This document shows, one piece after another, positions 8,565 through 17,780 of a stretch of DNA of 64,000 nt. Every line of letters begins with the position of its first letter. Positions within the stretch are counted from its first letter, which is position 1. The translations under genes and the position numbers were made by a program. The notes under the pieces are model-generated. The model had not been told where the DNA came from. It saw only the letters and a program-made list of their open reading frames with translations, and did not search any database. Origin of the DNA: a virus; IMG/VR virus record IMGVR_UViG_3300047444_000617, positions 46,249 to 110,248 of that record; one strand, 5' to 3'.

Positions 8565-9050
8565 TTACTTGTAGAGACCGGCCTTCGCGCGGGCGGCGGT
8601 CACGACCAGCGAGTGGACGGGGCAGAACTCGCACAGGTAGCGGTCCTGGGCGCTGCGGTACTTCGGCAGGCCTGCCGCCTTGCGCTCGGCGGCCGTGTCG
8701 GGGGTGAGCCGCTTGGAGCCGGTCTTGTAGTCCGAGCAGGCGGGGTTGCGGTTGTGCGACTTCCAGCAGGAGTGCGCGTCTTCCTGGAAGGTGTTCTTGG
8801 CGTTGTAGAACGCCGGGTCCAGGCCGGTGTGCCCCGTCTTCTCGCGTATCTGCGCGATGATCGACTTGCGGGTGCTCTCACTGTCCCAGTGCTTCTTCTC
8901 CACCCGCATCAGGGGGTGGGCGATGTGCTCGGGGTGCTTTTGCACCAGGGCTTCGAGGAGGAAGTCGTTCTCGGGCCTGCCCTCGTAGTCGGGCAGTTCC
9001 TCCAGCGACCCGCAGGTCTTGCAGAGGAGCAGTCGTACGTGCTCGGCCAT
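8565..9050 (-). CDS. zinc-binding hypothetical protein
   Basis: CKTC...H..H and C..H...C...CEFC motifs. Confidence 0.65.
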   Translation of the reverse strand: MAEHVRLLLCKTCGSLEELPDYEGRPENDFLLEALVQKHPEHIAHPLMRVEKKHWDSESTRKSIIAQIREKTGHTGLDPAFYNAKNTFQEDAHSCWKSHNRNPACSDYKTGSKRLTPDTAAERKAAGLPKYRSAQDRYLCEFCPVHSLVVTAARAKAGLYK

Positions 9051-9089
9051 GGTGTCCTTCCGAATCAATGCCAGGTGGCGTACAACATA

Positions 9090-9128
9090 GCATCCCTGTT
9101 ACCGCATTGGAAACGGTAACAGGGATGC
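9090..9128 (-). terminator. terminator hairpin after endolysin
   Basis: perfect 15-bp stem GCATCCCTGTTACCG / CGGTAACAGGGATGC. Confidence 0.75.
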
Positions 9129-9147
9129 GTTTACTGAGGGATGAGGG

Positions 9148-10146
9148 TTACTTGCCGGTGGCCAGGTAGCGGCCGAGCAGGACGTAGGAGTCCCCGCCCG
9201 TCGCGCCCTGGATCGCGACCTGCTTGCCGTTGATGACGACCTGGCCCGCCTTGGCGTGCGTGTAGCCCAGGGCGGCGTTGGCCGGACCGCCGACCGCGAC
9301 GACGACGTCACCGGCAGCCAGAGCCGCCTTGGCCACGTCCACACGGCCGGTCGAGACGGCACCCTTGGGCTGGAAGGCGTCGGTTGCCGCCGCTGCCGTC
9401 AGGGTGTCGACAGCCTCGCCGAAGATGACCATGGTGTACGCCTTCGTGGGAGCAGGGGTAGGTGCGGGAACGGGCTTGGGGGTCACGGGGATGACCACCG
9501 GCGGCTTGTTGATGACCGGGACCGGGACGGGCTTCGGCTTGGGAGCCGGAATGGCCAGGGCGGCCCAGGTATGAAGGTCACCGTTGAACATGTCGTTGTC
9601 CAGGCCGCCGACGATGCCGTACTGGTGCAGCGTCCACACCTTCCACGGCCCGATCCTGGGGTGGCCCGCCGGGTTGGCCGGGTCGGCGATCCACAGCGGG
9701 TAGGACGTCAGGACGGCCTTGTTGGCCGCCGAGCACGCGGCGTAGACGTTGGTCATCCAGTACTCGTTGACGTACAGGATGGGAGAGGCACCGGTCTTGG
9801 CCTTCACGTGCGCCAGCCACCGCAGTGCGTACTCCGCCCGCTGGGTCCACGAGCCCTGATCCCACTCCAGGTCCAGCACCAGCACATCGCCGATGACGGC
9901 CTTGGCCTTGGACAGGAAGTAGTCGGCTTCCTTGATCGGGTCGTTGGCGGGGTGCGCGAAGTGGTAGTGCCCGATCGCCTTCTTCGCCTTGCGCGCCGCA
10001 GCCACGAACGTGTCGTGGTCCGGGTCGTGGAAGGTCAGGCCCTCGGTCGCCTTGGCGACGACGAAGGCGTTGCTGCTGCTGGCCACCGCAGCGAGCACCG
10101 TCTTGGAAGCGTTGACGTTCGCGACGTCGACACCGTGGAGAGACAT
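9148..10146 (-). CDS. GH25 muramidase endolysin with Pro-rich linker and C-terminal binding domain
   Basis: GVDVA, KATEG, GHYHFA, LDLE, LWIA, LHQY, LDNDMFNG motifs. Confidence 0.9.
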   Translation of the reverse strand: MSLHGVDVANVNASKTVLAAVASSSNAFVVAKATEGLTFHDPDHDTFVAAARKAKKAIGHYHFAHPANDPIKEADYFLSKAKAVIGDVLVLDLEWDQGSWTQRAEYALRWLAHVKAKTGASPILYVNEYWMTNVYAACSAANKAVLTSYPLWIADPANPAGHPRIGPWKVWTLHQYGIVGGLDNDMFNGDLHTWAALAIPAPKPKPVPVPVINKPPVVIPVTPKPVPAPTPAPTKAYTMVIFGEAVDTLTAAAATDAFQPKGAVSTGRVDVAKAALAAGDVVVAVGGPANAALGYTHAKAGQVVINGKQVAIQGATGGDSYVLLGRYLATGK

Positions 10147-10151
10147 CTGAT

Positions 10152-10400
10152 TCAGAATCCTGCCTGCGCTGGAGGGGTCGGGACGTAGTTGGGGGTGTGC
10201 ACCGGCTTGCCGTCGGGGCGAACCTTGATCTCCTCCTCATGCCTCCCGTACCAGACGTCGTTGAGGTCGACGCGGGTCCGGGAGGTCAGGGAGTCGGTCA
10301 CGCCGATACCACCGCGCTCGGCGATGATCTTCTTGTACTTGCCGTCGGTCATTCCCTCCGACAATTCGGCGTTCATGCTCCGGGATGGGGCGTATGCCAT
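10152..10400 (-). CDS. hypothetical protein
   Basis: translationally coupled ORF chain. Confidence 0.65.
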   Translation of the reverse strand: MAYAPSRSMNAELSEGMTDGKYKKIIAERGGIGVTDSLTSRTRVDLNDVWYGRHEEEIKVRPDGKPVHTPNYVPTPPAQAGF

Positions 10401-10567
10401 TACTTCGCTCGCTTTCCGCTACCGTTCGACCCGACGCGCCGGTCGTTGAAGATCGCCAGCGGCTTGGCCGACCCGGTGGAGCCGTGCCGGGCAACGTGGA
10501 CGACGTTGTCGCCGAATCCGGGACCGCGCTTGTCGTCGGCGCGGCGTGCCTTCTTGTGCTTGGACAT
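10400..10567 (-). CDS. small basic protein (55 aa, not in ORF track)
   Basis: MSKHKKARRADDKRGPG...; TGATG and TAATG overlaps on both sides. Confidence 0.6.
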   Translation of the reverse strand: MSKHKKARRADDKRGPGFGDNVVHVARHGSTGSAKPLAIFNDRRVGSNGSGKRAK

Positions 10568-10860
10568 CAGAACCCCCCAATCGTCGGCCTTGAGGTTCCA
10601 GAATATCCTCCAAGGCTGCCTGTTCCGTTAGTCGGCCCAGGGTAGTAACGGTTTATGTTGAGCACGGCCTGAATACTCAGGGCCGTGGTCTTGTATCCGA
10701 ACCTCGGAGGGAACAGAGGGCGGACAACCTGGGGTGGCGGGCTCTGGAGTGCAAGCACGTCACCTGGAACATCTGCAATGCCGAGCGCGTCCGTGAGAAT
10801 CCGCTCAGGAAGAGAGGCCCACGGACGCGTGCGGTCGTACACGGAATCCGGCTGCTGCAT
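10567..10860 (-). CDS. hypothetical protein
   Basis: start MQQPDS just after upstream stop. Confidence 0.6.
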   Translation of the reverse strand: MQQPDSVYDRTRPWASLPERILTDALGIADVPGDVLALQSPPPQVVRPLFPPRFGYKTTALSIQAVLNINRYYPGPTNGTGSLGGYSGTSRPTIGGF

Positions 10861-10862
10861 GA

Positions 10863-12116
10863 TCAGAACAACCTCTGCTGGCCCGGGTGGACCTCGGTAT
10901 GAAGCCCGTTGCCCTTTCCGTAGGAGTTCAGGGAGGAGTCGTGGTTGTCTCCCCGTCGGCGCTTTTCCTCGCTCCACTGCGCGGACTGCATGTTGGTCAG
11001 CGAATTGAGGCCGCGCTCCGTCATCACCTTGCGGGCGACGTGGTCGTGGAAGGCGTGGATTCCCTTGATGCCCATGTAGGCCTCCTGGGACTCGCTACCC
11101 TTCTTGCTCTCCAGGTGCGGGGCGAAAGCGCCACCGCCGGAGTGCGTGTCGGATACCCAGAACTGCGACGAGCCGTGGGGGTCGACCCACGAGTTGTGAT
11201 AGGCGGAGACCTTCTCACCGGCTGTCGGCTTCCACGCGTCGGACAACTTCTCGCCGCCCAGGACCTTGTGCGTGACGTCGATGGCCAGCGCGTGGTTTCG
11301 CGGGTAGCCGTTGGCCGGGTACGCGCGGGTGTCCCCTTCCTTCTTCTCCAGTTTCGTGAACTGCTTGCCGCTGCGGGCGGTGACGGTCTTCTCGACCTTG
11401 TCCTCGCGCGGGACGTAGTAGTCGGGGTGGTAGTGGTACTCCTCGCCGGTGCGGCCCGACTTCGCCCACTGAATCGCGTGGGTGGCTGCCTCGTCGTTGG
11501 GGTAGACCGCCCTGCCCGTCTCCTTGTCCGGCCGCACGAACACGTTCTGCGGGGACGTGATGGCGTTGGCGGCGGCCTGCACACCGAACGGGACGCCGTT
11601 GTTCTTCGCCGACGTCTTCAGCCGCGCACGCGGGCTCAGGGAGCCGTTGCGGGTGTGGTCCTCGGCCGGGCTGTAGAAGGAGTCGTGGTGCCCGCCCTCG
11701 TGGTCGTACGCGCGGTCGACCTGGGCACCCAGAGCGCGGTGAGCCGACTCGGGGGTGACGCCGAACTTCGCGGCCGAGCGCAGCACGCGGGCCTGCTCGT
11801 GCGGCGCGAAGTCCTCCCACCGGCGATTGACCGGCATCATGTCGCGCGTGGGGTTCATGGTGTGCTGGCCGTGCCACACGTCCGACCCCTCCGGCCCGGC
11901 CAGTTCCATCTGGCCGTGCAGGTTGGGAGCCTTGTCGGTGTTGCCCATGAGCCGGTACGACTGCCGTGGGCTGGCGGCGGCCCCCGGCTTGTCCTGGATG
12001 GTCTGGAAGCGCTCGGGGTGCGCGCCCTCGAAGGACACGCGCTTGACGGTGGCGTCCTTGACCGTCTTGTTGTAGACGCGGGTCTCGGCCGCCTTCTCCG
12101 CTGGGGTCTTGGCCAT
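10863..12116 (-). CDS. phage protein, DUF7178/HhH-glycosylase-like
   Basis: AITSPQN...KVSAYHNS...VSDTH...MQSAQW pattern. Confidence 0.4.
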   Translation of the reverse strand: MAKTPAEKAAETRVYNKTVKDATVKRVSFEGAHPERFQTIQDKPGAAASPRQSYRLMGNTDKAPNLHGQMELAGPEGSDVWHGQHTMNPTRDMMPVNRRWEDFAPHEQARVLRSAAKFGVTPESAHRALGAQVDRAYDHEGGHHDSFYSPAEDHTRNGSLSPRARLKTSAKNNGVPFGVQAAANAITSPQNVFVRPDKETGRAVYPNDEAATHAIQWAKSGRTGEEYHYHPDYYVPREDKVEKTVTARSGKQFTKLEKKEGDTRAYPANGYPRNHALAIDVTHKVLGGEKLSDAWKPTAGEKVSAYHNSWVDPHGSSQFWVSDTHSGGGAFAPHLESKKGSESQEAYMGIKGIHAFHDHVARKVMTERGLNSLTNMQSAQWSEEKRRRGDNHDSSLNSYGKGNGLHTEVHPGQQRLF

Positions 12117-12226
12117 CAGCCGCCCACTCCCTGAGTCTTCTTGGCAGCCTGCATGGACTGCACGGGGTTCTTCGGTGAGGCCTTCTTGATGGCGTCGAGC
12201 TGGCCCCGGAACTCCTGGGTGCGCAC
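12116..12226 (-). CDS. small basic protein (36 aa)
   Basis: GTG start, MRTQEFRGQLDAIKK...; TGATG coupling to next gene. Confidence 0.5.
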   Translation of the reverse strand: MRTQEFRGQLDAIKKASPKNPVQSMQAAKKTQGVGG

Positions 12227-12228
12227 GG

Positions 12229-12777
12229 CTATCTCCACTGGTCCGGTGAGTTGCGAGGGGAGGCGGAAGGAAGCAGCTTCTTCAGCCGCTCGGAGCGCAC
12301 CGGGTCGATGTCCGCCATGACCTCGGCCACGCCGTACTTCTCCTGCAAGGCGCCCATCTCCGCCGGGGACAGGGCTGCGTTCTTGCCCATATGCGCCAGG
12401 CGCTCGGTGACGTCACCCTTCTGCGTCCACTTCAGGCCCCGGGCCTGGTAGACCAGCCCGGCCTGTGGGTTGACCCCGCCGACGTCCGGCCACTCGTAGT
12501 CCGAGTTGTCGATCTTGTCGCCCTTGTGGACGCCCCTTTGGTAACTCCGCTCGGTCAGGCGCTTTTGCACGCCCTGCAGGACTCGGTCCTGCCTGCGGTC
12601 GTTGATCGTTCCGAGGTAGCCGTCGGGGTACTCCGCCGAGGGGACGCGTGCCCCCATGCCAGCGCGCCGGGCGTCCAGTGAGTCGCGGAAGTTCAGGGCG
12701 TCGGTTCCCGCCCCGCCGTTCGCGCGCACTATGGAGCCCGGCTGTCCATCGGCCAAGTACTGCCAGTTGCTGGACAC
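12229..12777 (-). CDS. hypothetical protein
   Basis: ORF in chain, phage-like codon use. Confidence 0.65.
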   Translation of the reverse strand: MSSNWQYLADGQPGSIVRANGGAGTDALNFRDSLDARRAGMGARVPSAEYPDGYLGTINDRRQDRVLQGVQKRLTERSYQRGVHKGDKIDNSDYEWPDVGGVNPQAGLVYQARGLKWTQKGDVTERLAHMGKNAALSPAEMGALQEKYGVAEVMADIDPVRSERLKKLLPSASPRNSPDQWR

Positions 12778-12795
12778 TGCTGCCTACTTACTGGG

Positions 12796-13134
12796 TTACG
12801 CGCCCTGGCCGTACTGGCGCTTGAGCCAGAAGTCCCGGTTGCCGACGGCGGAGGGGACGGTCACGGTGTTGCGCTGGACGTCGTTCGCGCAGGCCGCGTT
12901 CGCCTCGTACAGGACGGCGGTCGGGTGCAGGGAGGCGCCGTTGCGCTCCAGGATGTTCGGGCGGTGGGCGGCCGTGGCCGACTCCAGGAAGCCGCCCTTG
13001 GCCTGGTTCTTCTTCGGCACCGACCGGCCCTTGATCGGCTTGGCCACGTTGCCGACGTTGGACGCCGAGGTGCCCATGGTCGGACGCAGCGACGGGTTGT
13101 CCGTCGTCACGTTGCTGTTCTTGTTCTTCGCCAC
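12796..13134 (-). CDS. hypothetical protein
   Basis: GTG start MAKNKNS after AAGGAG RBS. Confidence 0.65.
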   Translation of the reverse strand: MAKNKNSNVTTDNPSLRPTMGTSASNVGNVAKPIKGRSVPKKNQAKGGFLESATAAHRPNILERNGASLHPTAVLYEANAACANDVQRNTVTVPSAVGNRDFWLKRQYGQGA

Positions 13135-13144
13135 TGCAGGCTCC

Positions 13145-13363
13145 TTAGCCGCCGATGGTTCGGTACGGGTTCTTGTCGATCCACAGCCGCTGGTCGTAGG
13201 TGTTCGACGAGGAGCCGTTCTGCGAAGGGGCGGAGCCGCCACCGATGCGCTTGCGTTCGTAGTCGTCGCTCGACAGACCGTTGCTGGATCCGCGCACCTG
13301 CGTCTCATCGAAAACCGAGGTCGGCGTGAAGTGGGTCTGCGCCGTCGGGTACTTCGTTTCCAT
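13145..13363 (-). CDS. hypothetical protein
   Basis: start METKYP after GGAG (alternative start 13411). Confidence 0.55.
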   Translation of the reverse strand: METKYPTAQTHFTPTSVFDETQVRGSSNGLSSDDYERKRIGGGSAPSQNGSSSNTYDQRLWIDKNPYRTIGG

Positions 13364-13469
13364 TGCTCCGGAAGAAAAGGACCCATTTCGTCCGCTCGAC
13401 ACGCCGTTCATTTTCCCTCCACAGGATCATTCCAAGTGTAAAGACGGGAGCGCAGCGGATTGGAACTGA

Positions 13470-13769
13470 TCAGTGGACGAGGATCCGCAGAAGCAGGGCG
13501 CTGATTTCCCCCGCGTCCGGTGTGGTCACCGTGGTGAAACCGGGTCGGCAGTCGAGGACGATTCCCCTCGGAGCCACGAAACTGTTCGCGATGGCGATAG
13601 CCTTCATGGCCTGGTTTACCGCGCCTGCACCGATGGCCCGCAGGGTCACCCGCTTACCGTCGTAGACGGCGTGCGAGATGGCGCTGGCCAGGCTGGCGGC
13701 GGACGACGAACTCTTCACCCGGAGGATAGCCTCGTTACTGGCTACCTCGTCGTCGAACTGAACTCCCAT
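13470..13769 (-). CDS. spoVS: stage V sporulation protein S family (Alba-like fold)
   Basis: LRVKSSS...LASAI...RAIGAGAVNQAMKAIAIA...PGF signature. Confidence 0.85.
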   Translation of the reverse strand: MGVQFDDEVASNEAILRVKSSSSAASLASAISHAVYDGKRVTLRAIGAGAVNQAMKAIAIANSFVAPRGIVLDCRPGFTTVTTPDAGEISALLLRILVH

Positions 13770-13840
13770 TGGTGTCTCCTGTTGCTCCGATTTGCGTCAC
13801 AAATCGAGAATACGGAGCAGCAGGATTCTTGTGTTAATGA

Positions 13841-13880
13841 CAGCAGGCCCCGGGGCTCTATCCCCACCCGGGGCCTGCTG
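13841..13880 (-). terminator. terminator hairpin
   Basis: CAGCAGGCCCCGGG / CCCGGGGCCTGCTG perfect stem. Confidence 0.75.
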
Positions 13881-13892
13881 CGTATTTAGTTG

Positions 13893-14240
13893 TTACTCTT
13901 CAGGAGCCTTGGGGTATACGAGGTCGAGGAACGTGCCGACCTTCATGGTCGCGTACTGCTCGCGGGGGTCTGTGACCCCGCGCTTCTTGTGGAAGACCAC
14001 CCCGTGAGGCACGCCCGCGTTCTCGGCCTCGACGGTGGCCTCCTTCAACCAGCCGGACAGGCTCATGGCCTTCTCGTTCTTCGCCTCGATGACGAAGCGG
14101 CCCTCGCCGGGGACGTAGAAGTCGCCCTTGTCGGCCGCGCCGTTCAGCACCCGGCGCTCGGCCAGGGGCTGCTTGGCCTTGATGGCCGGGAGCAGGCTGG
14201 TCTCGAACGAGGTGCCCTTCTGCTTGGACTTGTTCGTCAC
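13893..14240 (-). CDS. Hjc-like Holliday junction resolvase
   Basis: NKSKQKGTSFE...DKGD...VIEAKN PD-(D/E)XK motifs. Confidence 0.8.
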   Translation of the reverse strand: MTNKSKQKGTSFETSLLPAIKAKQPLAERRVLNGAADKGDFYVPGEGRFVIEAKNEKAMSLSGWLKEATVEAENAGVPHGVVFHKKRGVTDPREQYATMKVGTFLDLVYPKAPEE

Positions 14241-14587
14241 CGGTCGTACTCCCGATCACCGTAGAGAGGCATGCGGACACCCTCGGGGATGAGTCCGTGC
14301 TCGGGCTTGTCCACCAGAACCCCTCGCACCGACCAGTAGCAGTTGTCCATCGGGGCGAAGGTCCGGCTGTGGAAATCGCGCAGCACCACGGTGTCGACGT
14401 GGTGGTAGTGGATGGTCGGCGGGATGAGCCAGTCCGTGGTGTCATTCCCGTGCCGGTCCAGCATCTCGTTCAGCGCCGCGATCTTCTCCTCGGGAGCGGG
14501 GTGGCCCTTGTGGACCCAACCCACTGCGTACCCCTTGGTGGATCCGCCGTTGGCGATGCCCTTGTACGCGGTCATGTATCCGTCCAC
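14237..14587 (-). CDS. hypothetical protein
   Basis: coupled ORF. Confidence 0.6.
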   Translation of the reverse strand: MDGYMTAYKGIANGGSTKGYAVGWVHKGHPAPEEKIAALNEMLDRHGNDTTDWLIPPTIHYHHVDTVVLRDFHSRTFAPMDNCYWSVRGVLVDKPEHGLIPEGVRMPLYGDREYDR

Positions 14588-14590
14588 CGC

Positions 14591-15193
14591 TCAGGCCTGG
14601 GCCAGGATCTCGTGCACCTTGGTATGAAGGTCCTGGAGGTCCCCGTCGTTGACCAGGTGGGAGTCGAACCACTTGTCGGGCAGTTCCTTCTCCGACTTGT
14701 GGTCGTTGACGGCGCCGTAGCCGGGCCGGGTGATCTTGATTAGCAAGCCCAAGCGAGAGTCGATGGCCTGGTGCTCGTTCTCGAACCGCAGGTCGGTGAA
14801 GACGTAGCGCTTGCTCTTGTCCAGGCCCTTAAATGCGGCCTCGACCCACACGTCCTGGCTGATCATCTCCCGGCCGACCTCGGTGCCCAGCACCTGCAGC
14901 ATGCGGCGGATCTCGTCGTAGGTGCGCTTGGCGTCCTCCCAGCCGATCTCGTCCACGATCTCCTGCAGCCGGAAGTCCCGGCCGTAGGAGTCGGACAGGA
15001 TGACGGGGTTGAGGACGTACAGGGCCTCGCGGAGGGTATCGGCGAAGGCGACTCGCTCGTACCCGTACTCGGTCAGGATCCGGGCGACGGCGTCCTTGCC
15101 GGTTCCGGGGTATCCGTGGAGGCCGATGAAGCCGGGCAGCCACTCCAGGATGACCTGGGGAAGCCTGTCGGTGGGGGAAAGCGTGGTGCTCAC
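14591..15193 (-). CDS. deoxynucleoside monophosphate kinase (T4 gp1-like)
   Basis: GYPGTGKD P-loop, FADTLRE, RRMLQVLGTEVGR, TDLRFENE. Confidence 0.85.
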   Translation of the reverse strand: MSTTLSPTDRLPQVILEWLPGFIGLHGYPGTGKDAVARILTEYGYERVAFADTLREALYVLNPVILSDSYGRDFRLQEIVDEIGWEDAKRTYDEIRRMLQVLGTEVGREMISQDVWVEAAFKGLDKSKRYVFTDLRFENEHQAIDSRLGLLIKITRPGYGAVNDHKSEKELPDKWFDSHLVNDGDLQDLHTKVHEILAQA

Positions 15194-15570
15194 TTGGTCT
15201 GGTCCTCTACTTCGATGGTGGTTGCGAGGGTGTTGTCCCTGATGTACTCGACCATCAAGGGGATGGTCCACAGAGCCCGCCGGGCGGCGACGACCTGCTC
15301 GTTGCGCCGCTTCTCCATGCGCTGCAGGGTTTCGAACTGGCCCTTCCAGCGGCCGGTCATCCAGTCCGTCTGGGCGATCAGCGGGGTGACCTTGTCGATG
15401 AGGTTCCGGGCCTGGTCCTCCGTACTCCACCGCCGCTTCCGCTCGGCGATGAGTTCGTCGGTGGTGCGGTCGAGTTCGGCGCGCACGGCGATCAGCGCGT
15501 GGGCGGTGTACAGGAGGAGCCCGACGAATACGGCGGCGATCACCAGCGCGGTGATGGTTCCGGCGCTCAT
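15190..15570 (-). CDS. membrane-anchored coiled-coil protein
   Basis: N-terminal TM, ATGA coupling. Confidence 0.6.
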   Translation of the reverse strand: MSAGTITALVIAAVFVGLLLYTAHALIAVRAELDRTTDELIAERKRRWSTEDQARNLIDKVTPLIAQTDWMTGRWKGQFETLQRMEKRRNEQVVAARRALWTIPLMVEYIRDNTLATTIEVEDQTK

Positions 15571-15746
15571 CGGTGCATCAGGCACCGCGCGGGCACATCC
15601 TTGACGGGCTGCCAGGACCACCAGGAGCAGGGGGCGGAGGTGCGTATCCACACGCCCCCCACGAGGAGCGCACCGAGCGCGAGGCCCACCAGCGCACACG
15701 TTACGTAGAAGGGCAGTTCTCGGCGGAGTCTGCGGAAGCGGTTCAC
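15567..15746 (-). CDS. small membrane protein
   Basis: MNRFRRLRRELPFYVTCALVGLALG...; GTGA coupling to thyX stop. Confidence 0.55.
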   Translation of the reverse strand: MNRFRRLRRELPFYVTCALVGLALGALLVGGVWIRTSAPCSWWSWQPVKDVPARCLMHR

Positions 15747-16447
15747 GGGGCGACCCTTCCCCAGCCCACGAAGGCCTGGTATGTCAGCGGGAAGTACTCG
15801 GCGAAGGCGGCTTCCATCTCCAGCGCCACCTTCTCGATCTCGTACTGCGGGAAAGAGGCGAAATGGGCGCCGGGGTTCTTGGTGCGCAGGGACAGGAAGT
15901 GCATCAGCGAGCGCGGGTTGCAGGTGGCGTAGAACGCGGTGTAGGTGCCGACCGGCAGTACGTTGCGTGCGACCTCCTTGGCCACGCCCGCCTTCAGCAT
16001 GCGTTGGTAGGAGGACCACGCGGCGCGGTAGACGCTCTCGTGCTCCCAGCGCGTGATGCCGAAGTGCTCGTGGGTGCCGGGGACGAACGTGTACTGGCCT
16101 GGCTTGCCCTCCTGCACCAGCGGGCGGTCGTGCGTCGGGACGTAGAAGTGAGGCTCCAGTTCCCGGTACCTGCCGGAGGTCTCGTTGTAAGACCACCCGG
16201 CCCTGTGCCTCATGAACTCCCGAGCCACGAAGATCGGGGCCTCGATGAGGAACGACAGCGAGCCGTGCTCGAAGGGGCTGCCGTGCCGGTTCTCCATGAG
16301 GTAGTTGATCAGGCCCCCGGCCTCCCCCGACTCCGCCGCAGCGGAGCCGAGGGTGGACACGCGAGCCGCCTGGCAGATCTTCGCGTCGGACCCGGCCAGG
16401 TTGTCCAGGTCGAGCGTCGCGGAGAGGTCTGAGCGGAGGGTGGTCAC
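15743..16447 (-). CDS. thyX: FAD-dependent thymidylate synthase
   Basis: HGSPFEH, RHRxxxSYNETSGRY, KEVARNVLP motifs. Confidence 0.93.
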   Translation of the reverse strand: MTTLRSDLSATLDLDNLAGSDAKICQAARVSTLGSAAAESGEAGGLINYLMENRHGSPFEHGSLSFLIEAPIFVAREFMRHRAGWSYNETSGRYRELEPHFYVPTHDRPLVQEGKPGQYTFVPGTHEHFGITRWEHESVYRAAWSSYQRMLKAGVAKEVARNVLPVGTYTAFYATCNPRSLMHFLSLRTKNPGAHFASFPQYEIEKVALEMEAAFAEYFPLTYQAFVGWGRVAP

Positions 16448-17154
16448 TTGGACTTCACCACCGACTTCGGCGACTCGTCGTTCTTGAGGGTGGCCTTGAA
16501 GTAGGTACCGGCCGCGTCGTGGTAGACGACGACACCCTCGGGGTCCATGAAGCCCGGCGCGATCAGGGAGCCCTCGGACTCCAACGTATGAAGCGCCTCG
16601 TCGACTGCTTCGTTCAGCCACTTGCCGTCGATGACGGAAATGACCGGCACCACGGTGACGATATCCGGGGCGGGCTTGGCCTTGGGGAAGGTCTGCAGGT
16701 AGTGCTCGGTGATCTCCGGGTCGTTCGAGTCGTACCAGCGCTGGGTGTTGAACAGGGCGAAGCGCTTCTCGTCGAGCCCGTAGCCGGACTGGATGCCCTG
16801 GCCGAACCACTCGCCGTAGTGCTTGCCCTCGCCGAGCCCGGCCAAAGCGACGGCGTTCTCCCACACCCACGCAGCGAACTGGAAGTTGTCGTTGCCGGGG
16901 GTGAGCCAGCGGTTCCGGCTGCCCGCCCGGACGATGAAGCGCTCGTAGCGGTTGTCGGTCTCGTTGAACAGCGTGACACCGACTCCGGTCGTACCCTCCA
17001 GGTACTGGGGGTCCATCAGGGGGACGGCGTCGGGGAGCCGGGTGACCTCGATCAGGCCGTTGGTGCCGTTGATCTTCTCGGTGATGACCACACGGCGGTG
17101 CAGTCGCGGGATGGGCCGGAACTTCGGGTAGTCGCTCGCCTTGAGGACGGTCAT
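16444..17154 (-). CDS. ATP-dependent RNA ligase (Rnl2-like)
   Basis: TEKINGTN motif I, YGEWFG, EGVVV. Confidence 0.8.
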   Translation of the reverse strand: MTVLKASDYPKFRPIPRLHRRVVITEKINGTNGLIEVTRLPDAVPLMDPQYLEGTTGVGVTLFNETDNRYERFIVRAGSRNRWLTPGNDNFQFAAWVWENAVALAGLGEGKHYGEWFGQGIQSGYGLDEKRFALFNTQRWYDSNDPEITEHYLQTFPKAKPAPDIVTVVPVISVIDGKWLNEAVDEALHTLESEGSLIAPGFMDPEGVVVYHDAAGTYFKATLKNDESPKSVVKSK

Positions 17155-17160
17155 GTGGTG

Positions 17161-17583
17161 TTAGTCCCTTTCGTGGGCCGAGTATGCGCTGAGTGGGATG
17201 CCGTAGCGGGGGCCGTCGTCCGTCTCGATGAGTCGTACTGTAGTTACCGCTTCTTTCTTACCGATACGAAACACTATCTCGCGGCGGTTGTCAACGTATT
17301 CGAACCACTCCGCAATGTGACCCACGGCCTCCCACTCGAAGGCGTCGTACATCACCAGCCCGTCCTGGACGGCCGACTGCTCGCTGATGCCCGTGTGCTG
17401 GTAGAGCCGCAGCATGTAGTCCAGCCGCCCCGCCAGGAAGCCGCGACCGCGCCGGTCGACGTACACCGGCACCTTGTGGTTGCTCAGGCAGGTGCGAGGA
17501 GCCCCGGTGGACCACTCCTCGCGCCACGTCCATGGCGGGCGGGGCTGCATGAGACGGGTCACCTTGCGCTGTACGAGCCTCAT
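17161..17583 (-). CDS. hypothetical protein
   Basis: ATGA-coupled start MRLVQR. Confidence 0.55.
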   Translation of the reverse strand: MRLVQRKVTRLMQPRPPWTWREEWSTGAPRTCLSNHKVPVYVDRRGRGFLAGRLDYMLRLYQHTGISEQSAVQDGLVMYDAFEWEAVGHIAEWFEYVDNRREIVFRIGKKEAVTTVRLIETDDGPRYGIPLSAYSAHERD

Positions 17584-17780
17584 GAGCCCTCCGAACGAAG
17601 AAGGACGACGACGGGGCCGTAGTTTCCAGCGACCTTCGTCCAGGACTTTGGGCCACCATGACCATCCATGCGCACCCAGTAGCAACCGAGGTTGGCCCAC
17701 TGGACACCGTTACAGGTGCTCTGTACTACCGAGCCCGCCGGGGGTGCTGGGTCTGCGGACGTAAGCGTCGGGCGCTTCAC
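17580..17780 (-). CDS. hypothetical protein
   Basis: coupled at both ends. Confidence 0.55.
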   Translation of the reverse strand: MKRPTLTSADPAPPAGSVVQSTCNGVQWANLGCYWVRMDGHGGPKSWTKVAGNYGPVVVLLRSEGS

